This document shows positions 1 through 14,049 of a stretch of 64,000 nucleotides of DNA, piece after piece. The stretch spans positions 15,066,001-15,130,000 of the forward strand of contig CM114271.1 in NCBI GenBank assembly GCA_050084515.1, in the 5' to 3' direction. Position numbers and translations under genes: made by a program. Every line of letters begins with the position of its first letter. Position 1 is the first letter of the stretch. Below the pieces are notes generated by a model. The model searched no databases and had not been told where the DNA came from. It worked only from the letters and a program-made list of their open reading frames with translations. Origin of the DNA: Blasia pusilla (lineage: Eukaryota).

Positions 1-3000
1 AGAATCAGTGCTAGCTTCTTTCACTCATTTGACATGTGTGATGGAGAGTGGATTAATTAGTGTATGCACTCATTTGGCTAATATTATGAAGTCTATAATA
101 AATTTTAGTTAGCCTAAAAGACTAAGTACAACACCATTTTTTCACACATTTGTAATTTTCTTAATCTTATTTAATGTAATATGATTATATTTTAACTCCC
201 ATTACATATTTCAAATAATTACATTTAAGTAGATCACACGTTGCAAGGGATCCCATGTCAGCAATACAATACTTTCTAGATAGTAGACAATATATTTTGA
301 TCAAACACACATTATATGGTAGAACATGAAGTGTACTCCATTAGAGACGTAATATGGGATAAAATTGACTTTGCTCCTAGCTAAATTTCCCTCTAATATG
401 AGTTATCTACTCTCATGAGGCATAGTGAGGATCATGATCTTCTTACATTCATATGGTCCAGACATTAAAGAATTGAACATCAACCATGTTCAATTCTTTA
501 AAGTCAAAGTTCCATATGAGAATATTCTTGTTTGTGCTAGGGTATGCCATAATTGGACATAAGAGCCAAGGTCTAATTATGACAAGTAGTTGTCTTTTAG
601 TCACAAAGGCTACTTTCACCTCGGTCTTATATACATTATGCTCTCAAGAGTGAAACCTGGAACAAAGTTATCCATCATTGGTTTGTTAGTTCTAGTGGAT
701 AGGAAACATTACAGATTTTAGATTGCCTTGCATACTTGTGACGAATATTAAGTACATCTACACTATTACGGGAGAATGCCTTTTTGATTTACAAACACCT
801 CCCTGGTTGACACATGACAACTGAGCAAGCAAGAATAAAATATTTCACATAATACGGATAACAAAAACAAATTGTGTGAAGCACTATTAATCCCTTCCTT
901 TCATGAGCTATACTCTAGAAAAACTCTTGAAACAATTTTTTTATTTCAAGTGCATAGCATGGGCACTTTGAAGGATTAACAAGAGGATGTAGAAGGAGAG
1001 AAACGACTTCAAACTATATCATTATGGGAAACACGTCTATATACCCTGGGCTACAAACAAAAAAAATTCTTCAGTGCATCCCCATGGACACTTTACTAGT
1101 CTCTCCATATCTAGTATACGCACCACAAGTGTTTGAATATCGAGTATGCGCACGACGAGTGTTTGAGATGTTTGACGAGCAATATGTTGGACTTGATGTG
1201 AGAAGTGAGTCATCACAACTATCATACAAGCTTGAGCATTGCGTTGAAGATGATGCTCGGTATTTTGAACCAATGATTGCGGTGTTGTGATAGGATGGTG
1301 GTAGCTTGTCATCTGAGTTGTTGTCGCTTAGAAAATGGTTTTCGGTCGGACTCTTCAAGGGCGGACGACTGGAATGTTTCGGGTCGAATGAAGCGAAACG
1401 TTGCACAGGTCACAATGAGATCCGTTGCAGGAGCACATCTTTTCCATGGTGTTGTCGATGTACCTTTTCAGGATGCTTTTCTCCAGGTACGCCACCAATC
1501 AGGAGCTCCTAGACGGTGACGAGTTATAAGAGCACCGTGCTAGACAAGCGCCCGGGGCTTCGAACGTTGGTGAAATTTGTTATGCGTGGGCTTCTGCGAT
1601 AGGAGAAGAACAACAAGGAGCTGCAAGTGGATGCAATCGATCCATGGATGCTGATGGATGGATCTCACCAGGTACATAAGAAGCAAATCCCTTACTTGTA
1701 AAGAAAGAGAGGGATAGGAGATGGATGTAACCCTGACGCTGAACCGCTGTATCATACCGTGTTGCCATAAGAAAGACGACCTTGCGGCAGAACCTTAACA
1801 GCTGAGACGGTTTGCGATCAAAGCTGTAATGCATTTGCTGCACCAGCAGGGAGAGATTCTAGATGGAGAGATACTACGACAATCGATCCTCGATTCGGCT
1901 TCTGATTACTGTGATGCGATTTTTCGATGAGTAATTGGAAAGTAATATAAGTCATATACAAATATATAGGTAGGTATACGCGCCACGCGTGGCGAGTTTA
2001 GAGGATAGCGTTCTTGACTAGTTCCGTTCACTGACTCTAGCATATTGTTTCTCTCTGCTGCGTTCATTTCTGTGGGGTTGAACTGGGTAGTGCAAGCGTT
2101 TTCTTGTGCGAAGACGCGAGCAAGCTACGAATTCGATGCAGTATTAGTGTCCGTGTTAGTAGAACTGGTCGCGGCCTTTCTGAGTCTGTGTCCTGATACT
2201 GTTGTCCAACTGCTGCAAGACTGTGATATGCTTTCGGTAGTCTAGTCCTGTAATGGGTTGAAAAGAGAGTGTGACCGACAGGTCGTTTTACATATGCGTA
2301 GTTTCCACTAGATCTCGAAGAAGTAAATACTTGGAGGAAGATATTTGCCCCTTTCACATTTGATATCGAGTCAGTTGCTATTGGTGATGCCGTCGGGCAC
2401 AAAGCTTGTGTAAATATGATCAGATCTTCTCTAGCGCTCTAGTGAATATCTTATTCATCTAGAGGGAATAATGATTCGCGTATTGGAGGGTCATCGGTCA
2501 CCAAGGTCCGAGCGAAATCCTGGATTGTTCAACCACTCGATCGGTAGACCTCTGATGGTCATCTTTTGGCTGAAACCTAGCACGTGAAGTAACTATGGAC
2601 AACTCTTTGTCCCGTCGTTAGAACCTCTTTCTCGACGGATTTCCTCACCTTCATTTTTTTCCTGCCTCCAATTCCTCTCTCAGTTCTTCAATTCATGCTT
2701 CTGCGTCTTTCTATTGCGTTCCACCATTTCGTTCTCACTGAAAGTTCTGCACTTCTGCTTTCCATTGTCCTGCTTTCTTAGAGTTGCTGATCATTTCAAA
2801 ATTGTTGCGTATTGAGATCCTGTCGCAAGGGATCTGGAGAGGTGTGTTGTATGGATATTTTATGAGATATAGCGAATTTCGGTGTAGGTAAACTGAACAA
2901 TTGCCAAGGGCTACAAGATACATACACTGCCCAAGGCTGCCACAATTGTAAGCAATTTTTTTGGAACGCTGTTGTTTGATGTTTAGGTCTCCATTCATCA

Positions 3001-3433
3001 CTCTCTGACTCTCTGGTAATGAATTTGGGCTACAAACTTCTCTTACACACTGTGGATGAAATGAATATCTCTGTAAATTTTGGAATCCGGGTTCAGACAA
3101 GACCAGGGGAGAAAGTACCCTTTCTCTGCTCCTCCCACCTTTGTGCATTTGTGCCTGGCCTCAATCAGCTTTATAGGGGGTACTCTTTCTTTGCTGCGTT
3201 TGTCTTTCCTTTGTCCTCTCTCACTCGACTCCTGTTACATGCAATATAAGGCCACTATTGCCGTATCCTTCAAATCAAAGTGCCAGGCTGTGTAGGGATC
3301 TTTATGATGTGTTTCATTTTATTTTTTGTTTTTGCTTTTTACATACACAGTGGCAGGCCTTTAATGTGTTTTTGGTAAACTTTTGGTGGTCAATCGCATC
3401 GGTTTGTGTACATAGGGGAGGGGGCAACATCAC

Positions 3434-5288
3434 ATGCATCATCAGTTTTATCAGATCCAGCAGCAGTTACTGCATCATCAGAGTAGTGTTGGTCATGGGT
3501 TCAACGTATGTGGTGGTGGTGTCTCTGCTCCTGGTTCATCAATAGCAGAATGTGTCAGTTTGGCTCCTACTGCACTGCCCAAAATCACAACTGTTACACA
3601 TCCTCCAGCCATTGCTTACAGACCTATCCGGCCTTCAGATTTGGAAGTTCTACAAGAGATCCACGAAGCTCTATTTCCTATCAAGTAAGTTTCAGCAGCT
3701 GAGTGTGGATTGCATACTCGGAAGATCTTCTAGGGGTATCCTTCGCTTGTAGTGGTTCAGTCGAAATGCTCATCATGTTGGGTGACAGAAATTTCTAGAT
3801 TTTTAATCTTTTGATTTAGTGAAATAGTCAGATTTATTTGTTTTGGGAAAGTGAGAACTGATCAGATGTCAAAAGTAGAGCTTACTTATATTATGGAGAA
3901 GAGCCACTTATTTTGGATGATTATTACAGGTACGAATTGGAATTTTTTTCAAATGTAGTTCATGGTCATGGCATCATCTCGTGGGCAGCAGTTGACACAA
4001 ATAGAACCAATGAGCAGTGTGATGAGCTTATCGGTTTTGTCACAGCGCGGATTGTGGCAGCCACAGAAAGTGAAGTAGGTGGCATATCTTTAATTGGCTG
4101 CATGATTGCTGATTTTTCACAGATCAATTTGCCTTAGTAAGTCCCTTGTGGGGTGTTCCAGCAGATTGGAGGGATTTGGACTACGTTGCAGTCCTTTGGA
4201 GGGACCGTGAAAACTCCACCATGAAGAATATGACTTTTTACAGTTGTGAGCTTATGAGGATATGTGTGCTTTTGACAGGAAGTGGATATGCTGGGATATG
4301 AGATTGTTAACACAGAACGCACTCTTATCTACATCTTGACATTGGGTGTTATCAAACACTATCGAAACTTGGGAATTGGTGGGTGTTGTAAAGGTTCTTC
4401 CTTGTGGGCTGTTTTTTCTCCACTATATCAATTCTGTAGCAGTTGGTCATTATTGATTATTGACTTAATAAGTTATATGCCAAATGTGGAATGTAGTTGT
4501 TTGATCATATGCAAATAGTTGTTCATCTGGGCTTGTTGAGTTCAATTTCGCCAGCAATTCATTCCATCAGAACAGGACGCTGGTTCACAAGGTAGTAGAG
4601 TGGTTAGGTAGTATTTCAAAGACTCCTGCATTTTATCTCCACTTCGCACTTTATCTGTTCTTCATTTTGGGCCATGAGGTCTCTGTCTTGACAAGTGGAT
4701 GCTCGTATTGTGGGGCAGCGTCTGCACTAATAGGTGAAGTCATAGAATATGCGACAAGTCTTCCAAGCTGCAGGGGTGTTTACTTGCATGTCATCTCCTA
4801 CAATCACTCTGCTATTTTCTTTTACAAGAAGAATAAATTTCAATGTTTGAGGAGGCTTCGCAATTTCTACTATATCCATGGACAACACTATGATTCTTAT
4901 CTTTATATCTATTATGTGAATGGAGGCAGATCCCCTTGCTCTGCAATGTAATTTCTTGAACCCTTGACTTTCATGCACGAGACTTTCTGTAACTTTGTGG
5001 ATATGTTAATTCAAAGGGTTGCTTTATGGATGGATTCAACAAAGCCAAGTCTTTGAGCACAGGGGTGCTGATGATTCTTGGTTCCTACATTGTCAAATTG
5101 TTTCTCGCAGTGACATGCTGACAACTGCCAGTGCTTTTGTGCGGAGTTTATTCACCTCCTTGGCGAAAAGGATATTCTTAAGAGACGATGGCAAGACTTC
5201 AAAGTACTCCAAGTGCAAAGAAATTTGCGGACCTTTAAGTCCAGGCTCAAGTCATCGACTTCATATTTGTGACAATAACTTTGTGTGA
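3434..5288 (+). CDS. NAA60: GNAT-family N-alpha-acetyltransferase 60 / MCC1-like histone acetyltransferase; exons 3434-3684, 3930-4074, 4279-4378, 4719-4947, 5111-5288 (903 nt, 300 aa)
   Basis: Splicing at canonical GT-AG sites gives a continuous frame: IAYRPIRPSDLEVLQEIHEALFPIK|YELEFF...LIGFVTAR...LIYILTLGVIKHYRNLGIASALI...VYLHVISYNHSAIFFYKKNKF...NFYYIHGQHYDSYLYIYYVNGGRSPCS, then a C-terminal amphipathic segment typical of NAA60. The start codon is less certain. Confidence 0.92.
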
Positions 5289-6219
5289 GATGCTTTTATT
5301 ATATCCAGGTTGTCAGTTACACACAGAGTTTGTAAATTACGCCGGCAAGGCAGGAATCAATACAGCAGATGGCCCAAGTGCTCCAATCAAAAGTTCCTGG
5401 GCGACTGGACCAATGCAACCGGTCTGTATCAATTAGTTAGTCCTGCAGCCACAATCCAAATTTTCAGCAGTGAGACCTTGAGTCGAGTGGTCTTGGTATT
5501 AGTATAAAAAGGTTCATTTGGTTGGGGGCATGTGACTTGTTCTCCTAATTTAAGAAGGAAAATTTGTGGGAAGTACTTTGTTAGATCATTGATCCTATTG
5601 ATGGAGGGTTTTTTTTATGGGTTGGTGTTCAGAGATGTTCGATGTGATTTGAATTCATGGTTTGATGTGTCAATGGGAGTGCTCTTTAGTCCTATGAGGA
5701 AGTAAATGCTGATAATGAATGCTCACTTAGGAATCGACCAAGTTAAAATTTCAACCTAGACATTGTTTTGTGAGTCATGGAGTTTGATCATTTTCTATCC
5801 ATAAGAGTCTAAAATTACGCTTGGGAGCATTTAAAACAGCCACTCTCGGTTCAACTCAATGACTCAATTTCAACCTCTCACTTGGCATTTGTATGTAGCC
5901 CAATTTTATGACCTTGGTAAACATGTGTGCAGATGGGATGGGATAATGTAGGAATGTGTTGAGAAGAGGCACCTTCTTTGATTCAGAGCCCTCAATGCGT
6001 TTGTTGCACTCTATGTGATGTGATCACAGAGATAACATAGAGCAAGAGCATTTGCATTTGCAAATTGTAGAGATACCACAAAGAGCACTTGTTGATAAAA
6101 TTTTGTAGTCTATAGTCATTATCCAAAGTTGTTGCACCAGTAAGTAGTCAATGTTGACTGTGTAGAGTGATGGCATGTGTTTTCAAGTTTGTGTCATTTA
6201 GGGTGGTAGGTCTCAACTA

Positions 6220-8290
6220 GAATTTAGGTTAGATGGGTATCATGATGGCGATGGAGTGTAATTTCTTTGTGTGTGTAGCACGTTTATGGATATGCAATGA
6301 TCATGTGAAGGGAGCGGGGTAGTTCGAGCAGTAGTAGTGAAGTGATATCGAGTGGAGTGAGATATCGAGGGATTTTGAGTGAAGCTATCTTGATTCCAAT
6401 CTGCGTGTGTCTCATCTCTAGACAACGGAACAAATGATGAGATGGACGATATGGGCCATCAGGGTGTGCGTTGTTTCTCGGGTGCAATAGCCATAATTGA
6501 TTTTATGATTTCTACCAAGAGTTCAAACACATGGTGCAACTTCTAAGAGATATGAGTTTCATAGTGTGAAAAGGTTTAATCCAACATATAGAGGGATCTC
6601 CAATTGATAACTACATGGAGTTGTGGTTTTTATACTCGACAGAGATCAATACTTCATGGATAGATTGGGATCTAAGGTATATGTCCACTAGTGGTGGGGA
6701 GACATATGATGGGATAGTGAGAGTTGAGAGATCTACACCAACAGCCTAAGGATAAGATAAAGTTGATGTCAATGAGTGCGGTGATGTGGCAAGGACCTCT
6801 GGTCTTAGAGCACGACGTCGTTGTAATCCTATAGTGAATTTCTTTCGACAATTGGGGAGAAGTTATCGAGCCATCCAGATTGGTAAGTTGAAGAGTTTGA
6901 GAGAGGCCTTCACGGGCATGAGTCGACTGATCATTCCTATGGAAAGAGAGATTGAGGCTGCGCCAGCGAAGTTGGTAGATATGCAAGCTCGACCAACCAT
7001 AGAGTGAGTTGTGATGGCACAAAGTGTGGTGTTGTTGAATAGCCGAGGAGTGTATTATTCGTAGTGTCTCCTACTTGATTCGCGAGCACAACCCTTGACG
7101 TTAGAGAAAGCGGCATGTCTGACGTTAGGGTTACTGAAAGGCGTGTCACATCTTATTTCGACCTAGGTAGAGTTCTATTGCGTCGACGGCATAGAGAGTC
7201 ATCGGGTTGTTCGGGTGTAACTTCGTCTTCGTGTAAGTTGGCGACAAGTTTGTTGTGTCGGAAAAGTTGTTTATGGCGATTTCCGTATTTTGGTTTTAGT
7301 CTGTCAGATGATCCGTTGATCGGGTCCACGATCATCCGATAACCTGTGCACACAGGTTATCATTGATAGGGTTGTTTTTGGGGGAAGAGCTTTTTGGCTC
7401 TTCCCAAGGTTATAAGAGTGAGAGAGACGGCTTTTCAAGCCATCTTTCTCATGTTGAGCGTTAGGAGCGCCTCTCTTGCATAGATCTGGGTGGGTGTATA
7501 GGAGTTAGGGTGCTAGCATCCCTCATAGCAGACGGTGGATGTGGTTCGATATGCCGATGTAGATTCATGAGTGGAGTTTTAGGCCGTGTGAGCCATTTTT
7601 ACTACTCTTGATTCTACATGAGAAAGATGCGAGGGGGCAGGGAATTTGTTGGTTGCAAGTAGGCAAGCAAGTTGCCTCGGTGAGGAGCCCCTGGAGACGC
7701 GTGTGTGGCGTTTGCTTGTCGTTTTTCAGTTCAAGAGACGTTGCGCGAAAGCGTTGGCCGTGTTTGGTGGATTTCGCTGGTGCAGATCGACGAGAGAGAA
7801 CGGCAGAGTGTAGCGGGAAGTGTGGCGTTAGGAGTTCATGAGCGAGTGTGTCGGGAAAGAGAAAGTTAAGTCTTGCAGCCTTGGGGGGCTGTTAAGTCAA
7901 GGCGGCTAAGTTGGAGCCGTAGTCCTTTAGGTCACAAAGTACCCCTTAGGTCACGGCCAGATCAAGTTACAGGGTTAGGTCAGGGTAGATTTGCTAGGAG
8001 TCCGCGGGGGATAGCCAAGAGACGCGAGTCAAGAAGCGGCGCGCGAGGAGGCTAGACAATCGGAAGGGAGAGGAATTGGGTTGCGATAACTCAGAGCGGG
8101 AGCCGAAGGAGAGAGGACGGAGCCGCATAGGGCCGTGTGCATAATACGGGAGGTCGATCGTCGGCAACAAGAAGAGAAGGGGACGGGGAAGGGGTTGAGG
8201 GCATAGGGGCACGGGCCTGGGCCCCCCATCCGCAGGAGTTTCATAGGGACGTGGGCCAAGGGCCCATGCCCCCTTCCCTCCGGCCCCTCC
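6220..8290 (+). mobile_element. Degenerate copy of a gag/protease retroelement family ('family A')
   Basis: Blocks match other copies in the window: 6310-6910 ~ 12900-13560; 6950-7150 ~ 19910-20130; 7370-7610 ~ 36815-37060 and 22400-22630; 7600-8290 ~ 37050-37650. Confidence 0.6.
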
Positions 8291-8979
8291 CCGCATTCCT
8301 GGTGGCGCTTCTCGATTCTGACGCGATTTTGGGCGGGGACGGCGGGAGGCATGGACGGGGACGGCGGGAGGAAGGACGGAGGGCGTAGGGGACGAAAAGA
8401 GACGTGCTACATGTCGAAACGGAGAGCGTGACGATAGCTTCGTTTTGATCTGGACTTTGCTGCATGGCGTGAAGTATTTTTATTTTTATTCATCTTTTTA
8501 GAATTCGGTTCATATTAGGGTTCCAAATGTGAATATTAGGGCTTTGCTTATTGTCATTTGGAGAAATTTCCCAAGGTAACGTCCTCTATTCACCCACCCT
8601 TCCCCTCCTTTCCCAAGTCCTTTCTTGTTTGTCATATTTGTCGTATGTGCTTCTCATTTTGGTTCGATTCACGTTTGTATTTGTTACCCCTCCCGTACAT
8701 ACACTTTTCTTCTCATCTATTTTATCTCGAAGGGCCCATGATCTTTTCACACTCTTAGCAACTCTACGTATTCATGAGTTTATTTTTGGGAAGGGGTTGG
8801 GACTAGTAGTCCTAGGTGATGTCGGTAGGTGAGAGTTTATGTTAGAGGGAGCATTACCGTGGACGGGAAGAGAGTTGTTTGCCAGGACCGCTCGTTCGAA
8901 TGGGGATGATATGATTGTTATTGTGGGGATTGTCGACGATTTTATTGGAGGGGCCATGTCCTCTTCTTGGTGAGTTGCA

Positions 8980-11900
8980 TCCATGCCTCGACCCATCGGC
9001 TCCCCGTGTGGGGACCCGTGGGTCGCGTCTAGTCGGGATACTAAATGCCCATGTTGTCCCGAATTCTTCACTCGTTCAGGAATTCGGAACCACTTAGCGG
9101 CTAAACATCCTGACTTTGATAGATTTGGATGGGTGGTCCCTCCTGTCGACCATGGATGCTCTCCGATGCTTTCCGCATCATCGCCCCCTCCTGAGGCATG
9201 GGAGTAGTTGAGGTCCCACCAGGGCAGCATTATAGGTCTCTTGAGACCCGTTTTCCCCGCCGAGGTTGTTTCATAGGATCCCCCATGCTATTCGGGACGA
9301 CCTCCGCCACGCATTTCTCCTTCCCCTTGCTAGGATCGCTCTTGATCCTATGGATGAGCTCTCTTGGTACCTACTACTTCTCCTTCCACGATGGTGTCTT
9401 CGTTACACTCGGGGGGAAGGCCGGTCATAGAGAGGTTATAGCACGCGTCGAGACGCTTTCGAGGAGGTGATTGGGAGTCTCTGCAAAGTGAGTTTGTGGC
9501 ATTCGCGAGGTAGTAGTTCACTTGGTTTCCGGCGGACGATCCTGGAGCAGCCAGGTTGCGGCGATGTAGGACATCGGGCGAGCTGTGAGTACTCGCGAGC
9601 TGACGTGCTCTTCGCCCGATGGACATGGCTCCTTCTTCTTCACCGTTACCATCGATGCCCTCCGAGGCTACATCCTCGGCCCGCGGTTGACATTCCAGCT
9701 TTTGCACGTGACTTCCATCCCGACATGGCTATATGCCTTGACCCGTCCCTCTTTGCACGGGCACTCGGGCGTTCTCGAGGATTGCGGCGGAGGTTTTATG
9801 CGGTATGATGTACGAACACCTTCGTGATTGCTTTCCTTCCGAGGACACCGCTAGCGGCTTCTCCGAGTTGCTTTAGGTTGCCTCTCACCTAGCTCAGGGG
9901 AGAGTGCCAACAGCAGTGGCCCAAGTATTAGGGGCGGGGCGACTTTTGGCGTTGTCGAAGGAGGGTGGTGGTATCCGTCCGATTGCCATAGGTGAGCTGA
10001 TCTTGCGGTTGGTGAGTCGTACTCTCGCTTTGCAATTCGCGAGGCTTTCGTCATCCGAGTCCGCATCAGTTTGGAGTTGCCACGCCACCGGATGTGAGAC
10101 GATTGCCTTAGGTTTGAGGGCTTGTCTAGATGTACATCCAGTGGGTGGTTCTCCAAGTGGGCGTGGAGAACGCCTTCAACTCGATATCTCGGGCTACTAT
10201 ATTCACAAAGTTGAGGGACGCGGGTGGCCCCATGGCGAGCCTCATTCCCTTTGTGCAAAGGCTTTCTATGGGGCCCCTTCGGCCCTCTATTTCCACCATG
10301 GTCGATTCGAGGAGGAGGTCACGGTCTTGGAGTGCGCTACCGGGACTCGTCGGGGTGACCCCGGGTGGCGCGTTGTTTGTTGTGGCTCATCACCGAGCGG
10401 TTCTTTCTACGGTGGAGGCTTTCTCGGGTTGCATGTTCCCTTCGCTGGCAGATGATACTCATATTGTTGGTCCTGGAGATCTGGTTGTCCCTGCATTCGA
10501 GCACTTTTCAGCACAGTTGGCACGTGTCGGCCTGGCGGTGAAGGTGGGGAAGTGCAAGGCTTGGTCTCCATCAGGCCTACCTGATGATCTACATTTACCC
10601 GACGGCTTCTTGCGACCTGTAGGAGGGCTTCGAGTCTTGGGAGTCCCGCTCGGGAGCCAGGACTTTGTATCGAGTTTCGTGGCAGCGGCTCTTACCGAGG
10701 ATCTTCTCCACGTTGATGATCTTACGAGGATTGGTGACCCTCAAGTCGCCTTCGGCATTCTCTCTTCTTGTTTTGCTCGTAGACCTGGTTACCTCACTAG
10801 AACTGTCTGGACATCTAGTCACCTTTCTTCCCTATATAGATCCTTTGATAGGAAGCTCATGCAGGTGTTTGGGTGCCCCATGGGGGAGTTAGCTCGTAGA
10901 CAGGCCTCTTGGCCGATTTCTTTTGGTGGAGTAGGTCTTCTCTCGACCGAGTTAGTGGCGCCCTACGCTTTTTAGGGAGTTGGGCCACAATGGCATCCCT
11001 CCTTTGCTCCCGATTTTTGGTTAGAGATAGACCGCTCCTTCTACACTACGTCTCCCAGGTCGAGGATGGCTCTTTCCCACTTCAGTCTTCACTCACAGCT
11101 TGTAGAGATTCCCTTCAAGTCGAGGCCAGAGCCGTTCTCCCCACTTTCTCCTCCTTAGTTACCTCCGGTCAGTCTGGGCTCCAATCTTCCTTGATGGAAG
11201 CCCACTTTGAGGCAGTTTTTAGAGGCACTTTGTCTGACGGGAATATCCCCATGGAGGTTAGGGCCCGTATTCGCTCTTGCTCCGGAAAGGGGGCAGGCTC
11301 ATGGGTAGGGGTGCGCCCCCTTCTCCAAGCTTTCCGTATCGCACCACTTACCTATACCACAGCGATGCGGTTCCGCTTGGGCCTCCCCCAACCATCGGTG
11401 GTTGGTCCGACACACTGCGAGTGTCGCCGGAGCCTGGACCCACTTGGTGTGCATTTGGCACGTTGTCCAGTTGGGGGTGAGAGGATAGCCACTCACGATT
11501 CAGTGCGGGATATCATGTTCAGTATTGCTCGGGAGAGTGGCTTCCATGTGCAGAGAGAGAGGCACTACTCCATGCGGGATTCCCTCATTCGTGCCGATCT
11601 CCACATGACACGTGAGGCTGAGGTGGTTGTGGCGGACGTGGTAGTCACAGATCCTACGCGGGAGGCAGTGTGAGCCCAAGTGGTGGCCCAAGGGCGAATG
11701 CTACAAGGAGCGGCGGCGGCGGCGGCGAAGAAGACACATATCTACAGTCGACTACACGAGTGCATCCCCCTGGCCTTTTTATCGAAGTGCATCTTCCATT
11801 TAAGGAAGGAGGGTTGCGTCAAGGTGACCCTCTTCCCCCCCTCCCTCACACAATTAATGGGTGCATAGGGCACCGTGTAGGAGGTGGTAGGAGAGGTAGG
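8980..11900 (+). mobile_element. CRE-like (RLE-type) non-LTR retrotransposon, frameshifted
   Basis: N-terminal C2H2 finger (CPCCPEFFTRSGIRNHLAAKH, ~9045-9110). RT motifs GIRPIAIGELILRL, NAFNSISR, G.R.GDP, LADDTHIVG and LRVLGVPLG. C-terminal CECxxxLDxxGxHxxxC..HDSVRD knuckle and RADL..VVADVVV restriction-like endonuclease motif. Confidence 0.8.
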
Positions 11901-13733
11901 GCACGACATGGTTAACGGGCTGACGTGGTATGAGTGGATCCACACGTGGTTGGGTCAAGCTACCAGGTTGAGGGGGTCGGACGTGGTTGAGTTGAGTTAC
12001 GTAGTGGGAGATATTTTTGGGACGTGATGTTTTTCAGGCTATTGTGATGGAGACACACGTGTCGATGCCGACGGATAGTCCGCATCTTCTGACGAGAGGA
12101 TTGATGTGTGTTCGAGGAGAGTGTTTTGTTGCGGAGGTTGCCGTCATGGTTGCACCAAAACGGACAAGTCCTTTCTTAGGACGGCCATGGACGGACAAGT
12201 TCGGACATGTCCATAGACATGAGTTCTAAGAGGTGGGACCCACACTTATAGTCCATGATGGAAGGCAAGGCAAGGATGAGTGGAGCAATGAGGAAGGAGG
12301 GAGTGGAGGTGGAGGGATTAAGAAATGGGGGAGTATGGAACACCAAGGCAAGTAAGGGGAAGCAGAAAGAAGGGAAAGGTGGGGCCCATATGGACAAGTC
12401 CTTCCATAGGACGGACATGGACGTGTCCACGGATATGGATTTTGTCCACATGCAACCTTGGTTGCCGTATCACATGGAGAAGTGAGTGTTTACGGTGCCG
12501 TAGGTAGGAGGGTGTGATCAGGTTACCCATTCGAGTCCCTTTTCTCGCACTTATCTTGTGCGATTAAGAGTGTTGGGTATCGGATAGTTGTTGGTGTTAG
12601 ATGGGTGTAGGGATGGTGACGAGTGTAGACTCCTTTCATGTGTAGCATGTTGGTGGATATACAGCGGTTGCCGAATAGGGGTCACATGTACGACTCGAGA
12701 GTGTCGGTAGTTTAGGTGAGTTAGTTGGGAGGCTCATGATGAGCCCGAGTGTTGAGTGTGCTTAAGGCCGGGCGTGTCGTCACGGGATTACCATTAGCGT
12801 AGGTGAGCTAGTGAGGAGTGTGGGAGACTCTTGGTGAGTATGAGTGCTTGAGCGGAGGAGACAAGGTTGTCATCACGACGTTCTTCCAGGGTTTGGAAGA
12901 ACGGGGTAGTACGAGCAGTGGTAGTGGAGTGACACGAAGTGGAGTGAGGTATCGAGGAGTTTTGAGTGAGGAACCACCCCGACTTCCATCCGTGGCTGGA
13001 TCGTCATCACTAGACAACAAGTCTAGTGACGAGATCACGGCGGGAATAGTGATACGTGGAGAGAGATGAACGACATGGGCCATCGGGGCATGCATTGTTT
13101 CTCGGGTGCGGTAGGCACCATAGATCTAGATGATTTTATCCAAGAGTTTGACACGTGGATGACTTCCAAGAGATACGGACCCCTACACGGTTCAACCCTT
13201 TTATAGCATGGAAGGGGTTGTTCCAACACTTGGAGGATCCGCGGATGGATGACTATATGGAGTTCCGATGTCTATACTCTGTAGAGATCGAGGGTATGTG
13301 TCCACTAGTGGTCGCGAGGCGTATGATGGGATAGTGAGGGCGGAGAGACCTACACGATCAACCCGAGGACTAGATGGAGAGGATGGCAGTGAGAGTGGTG
13401 AGCTCGAGGTGGCAGAGATCTCTCGTGGTAGAGGACCATCGAGTTTCAATCCTACAGTGGAGTTCTTCCGACAGTGAGGGAGGAGCTATCAGGACGTGTG
13501 GACCGACAAGCTGAAGAGTCTACGGGATTTTCAGCGTTGAGGGAGGCGTTCACGAGTATGCGATGGTTGATCGTTGCCACATATGGAATGATTGAGGCGG
13601 AATCAGTGCAGTATTGGTACGGGATGCTGGATAAGGAGCTATGAAGGAGAGTTTGGGATGCGATATTGCTTCACACAGCGAAGCCCACATTGAAGTTGGT
13701 CTTCGAGTTGTCTGAGCGGGTAAAGCTCAACAT

Positions 13734-14046
13734 TGTGGAAAACTACTAAACAAGCATAATTGGTGGAAAACGGCTCTCTCACACACACACCACCATGGAG
13801 AACGAAATTTGCAATGAGAGAATTGAGTGGAGGTTGGTCTTCTTCTCAATTATATAGGGTATGTACAAGCAACCCTAACCCTACCCTTAACCATAGTCTT
13901 GAGTTAGACTAATTATGATTAATTAACTCTAGTTAAGATAATCGTGCTTAACTGACTAACCAAGATTAAGCTTCCCTACTTTGTGTGAGTACCAAATGTA
14001 GCAATTTAGGTGTCTCATGAGCTTGACTGTAACTCAATCTTCAATA
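13734..14046 (-). repeat. Copia 3' LTR (313 bp)
   Basis: Begins tgtggaaaac and is near-identical to 18730-18977; adjacent PPT (ttccccctc on +, 14047-14055). Confidence 0.9.
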
Positions 14047-14049
14047 TTC

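Noticed and set aside
1024-3300. Short ORFs upstream of NAA60
   Set aside because: No recognisable motifs or consistent exon structure; probably promoter, UTR or intron sequence.
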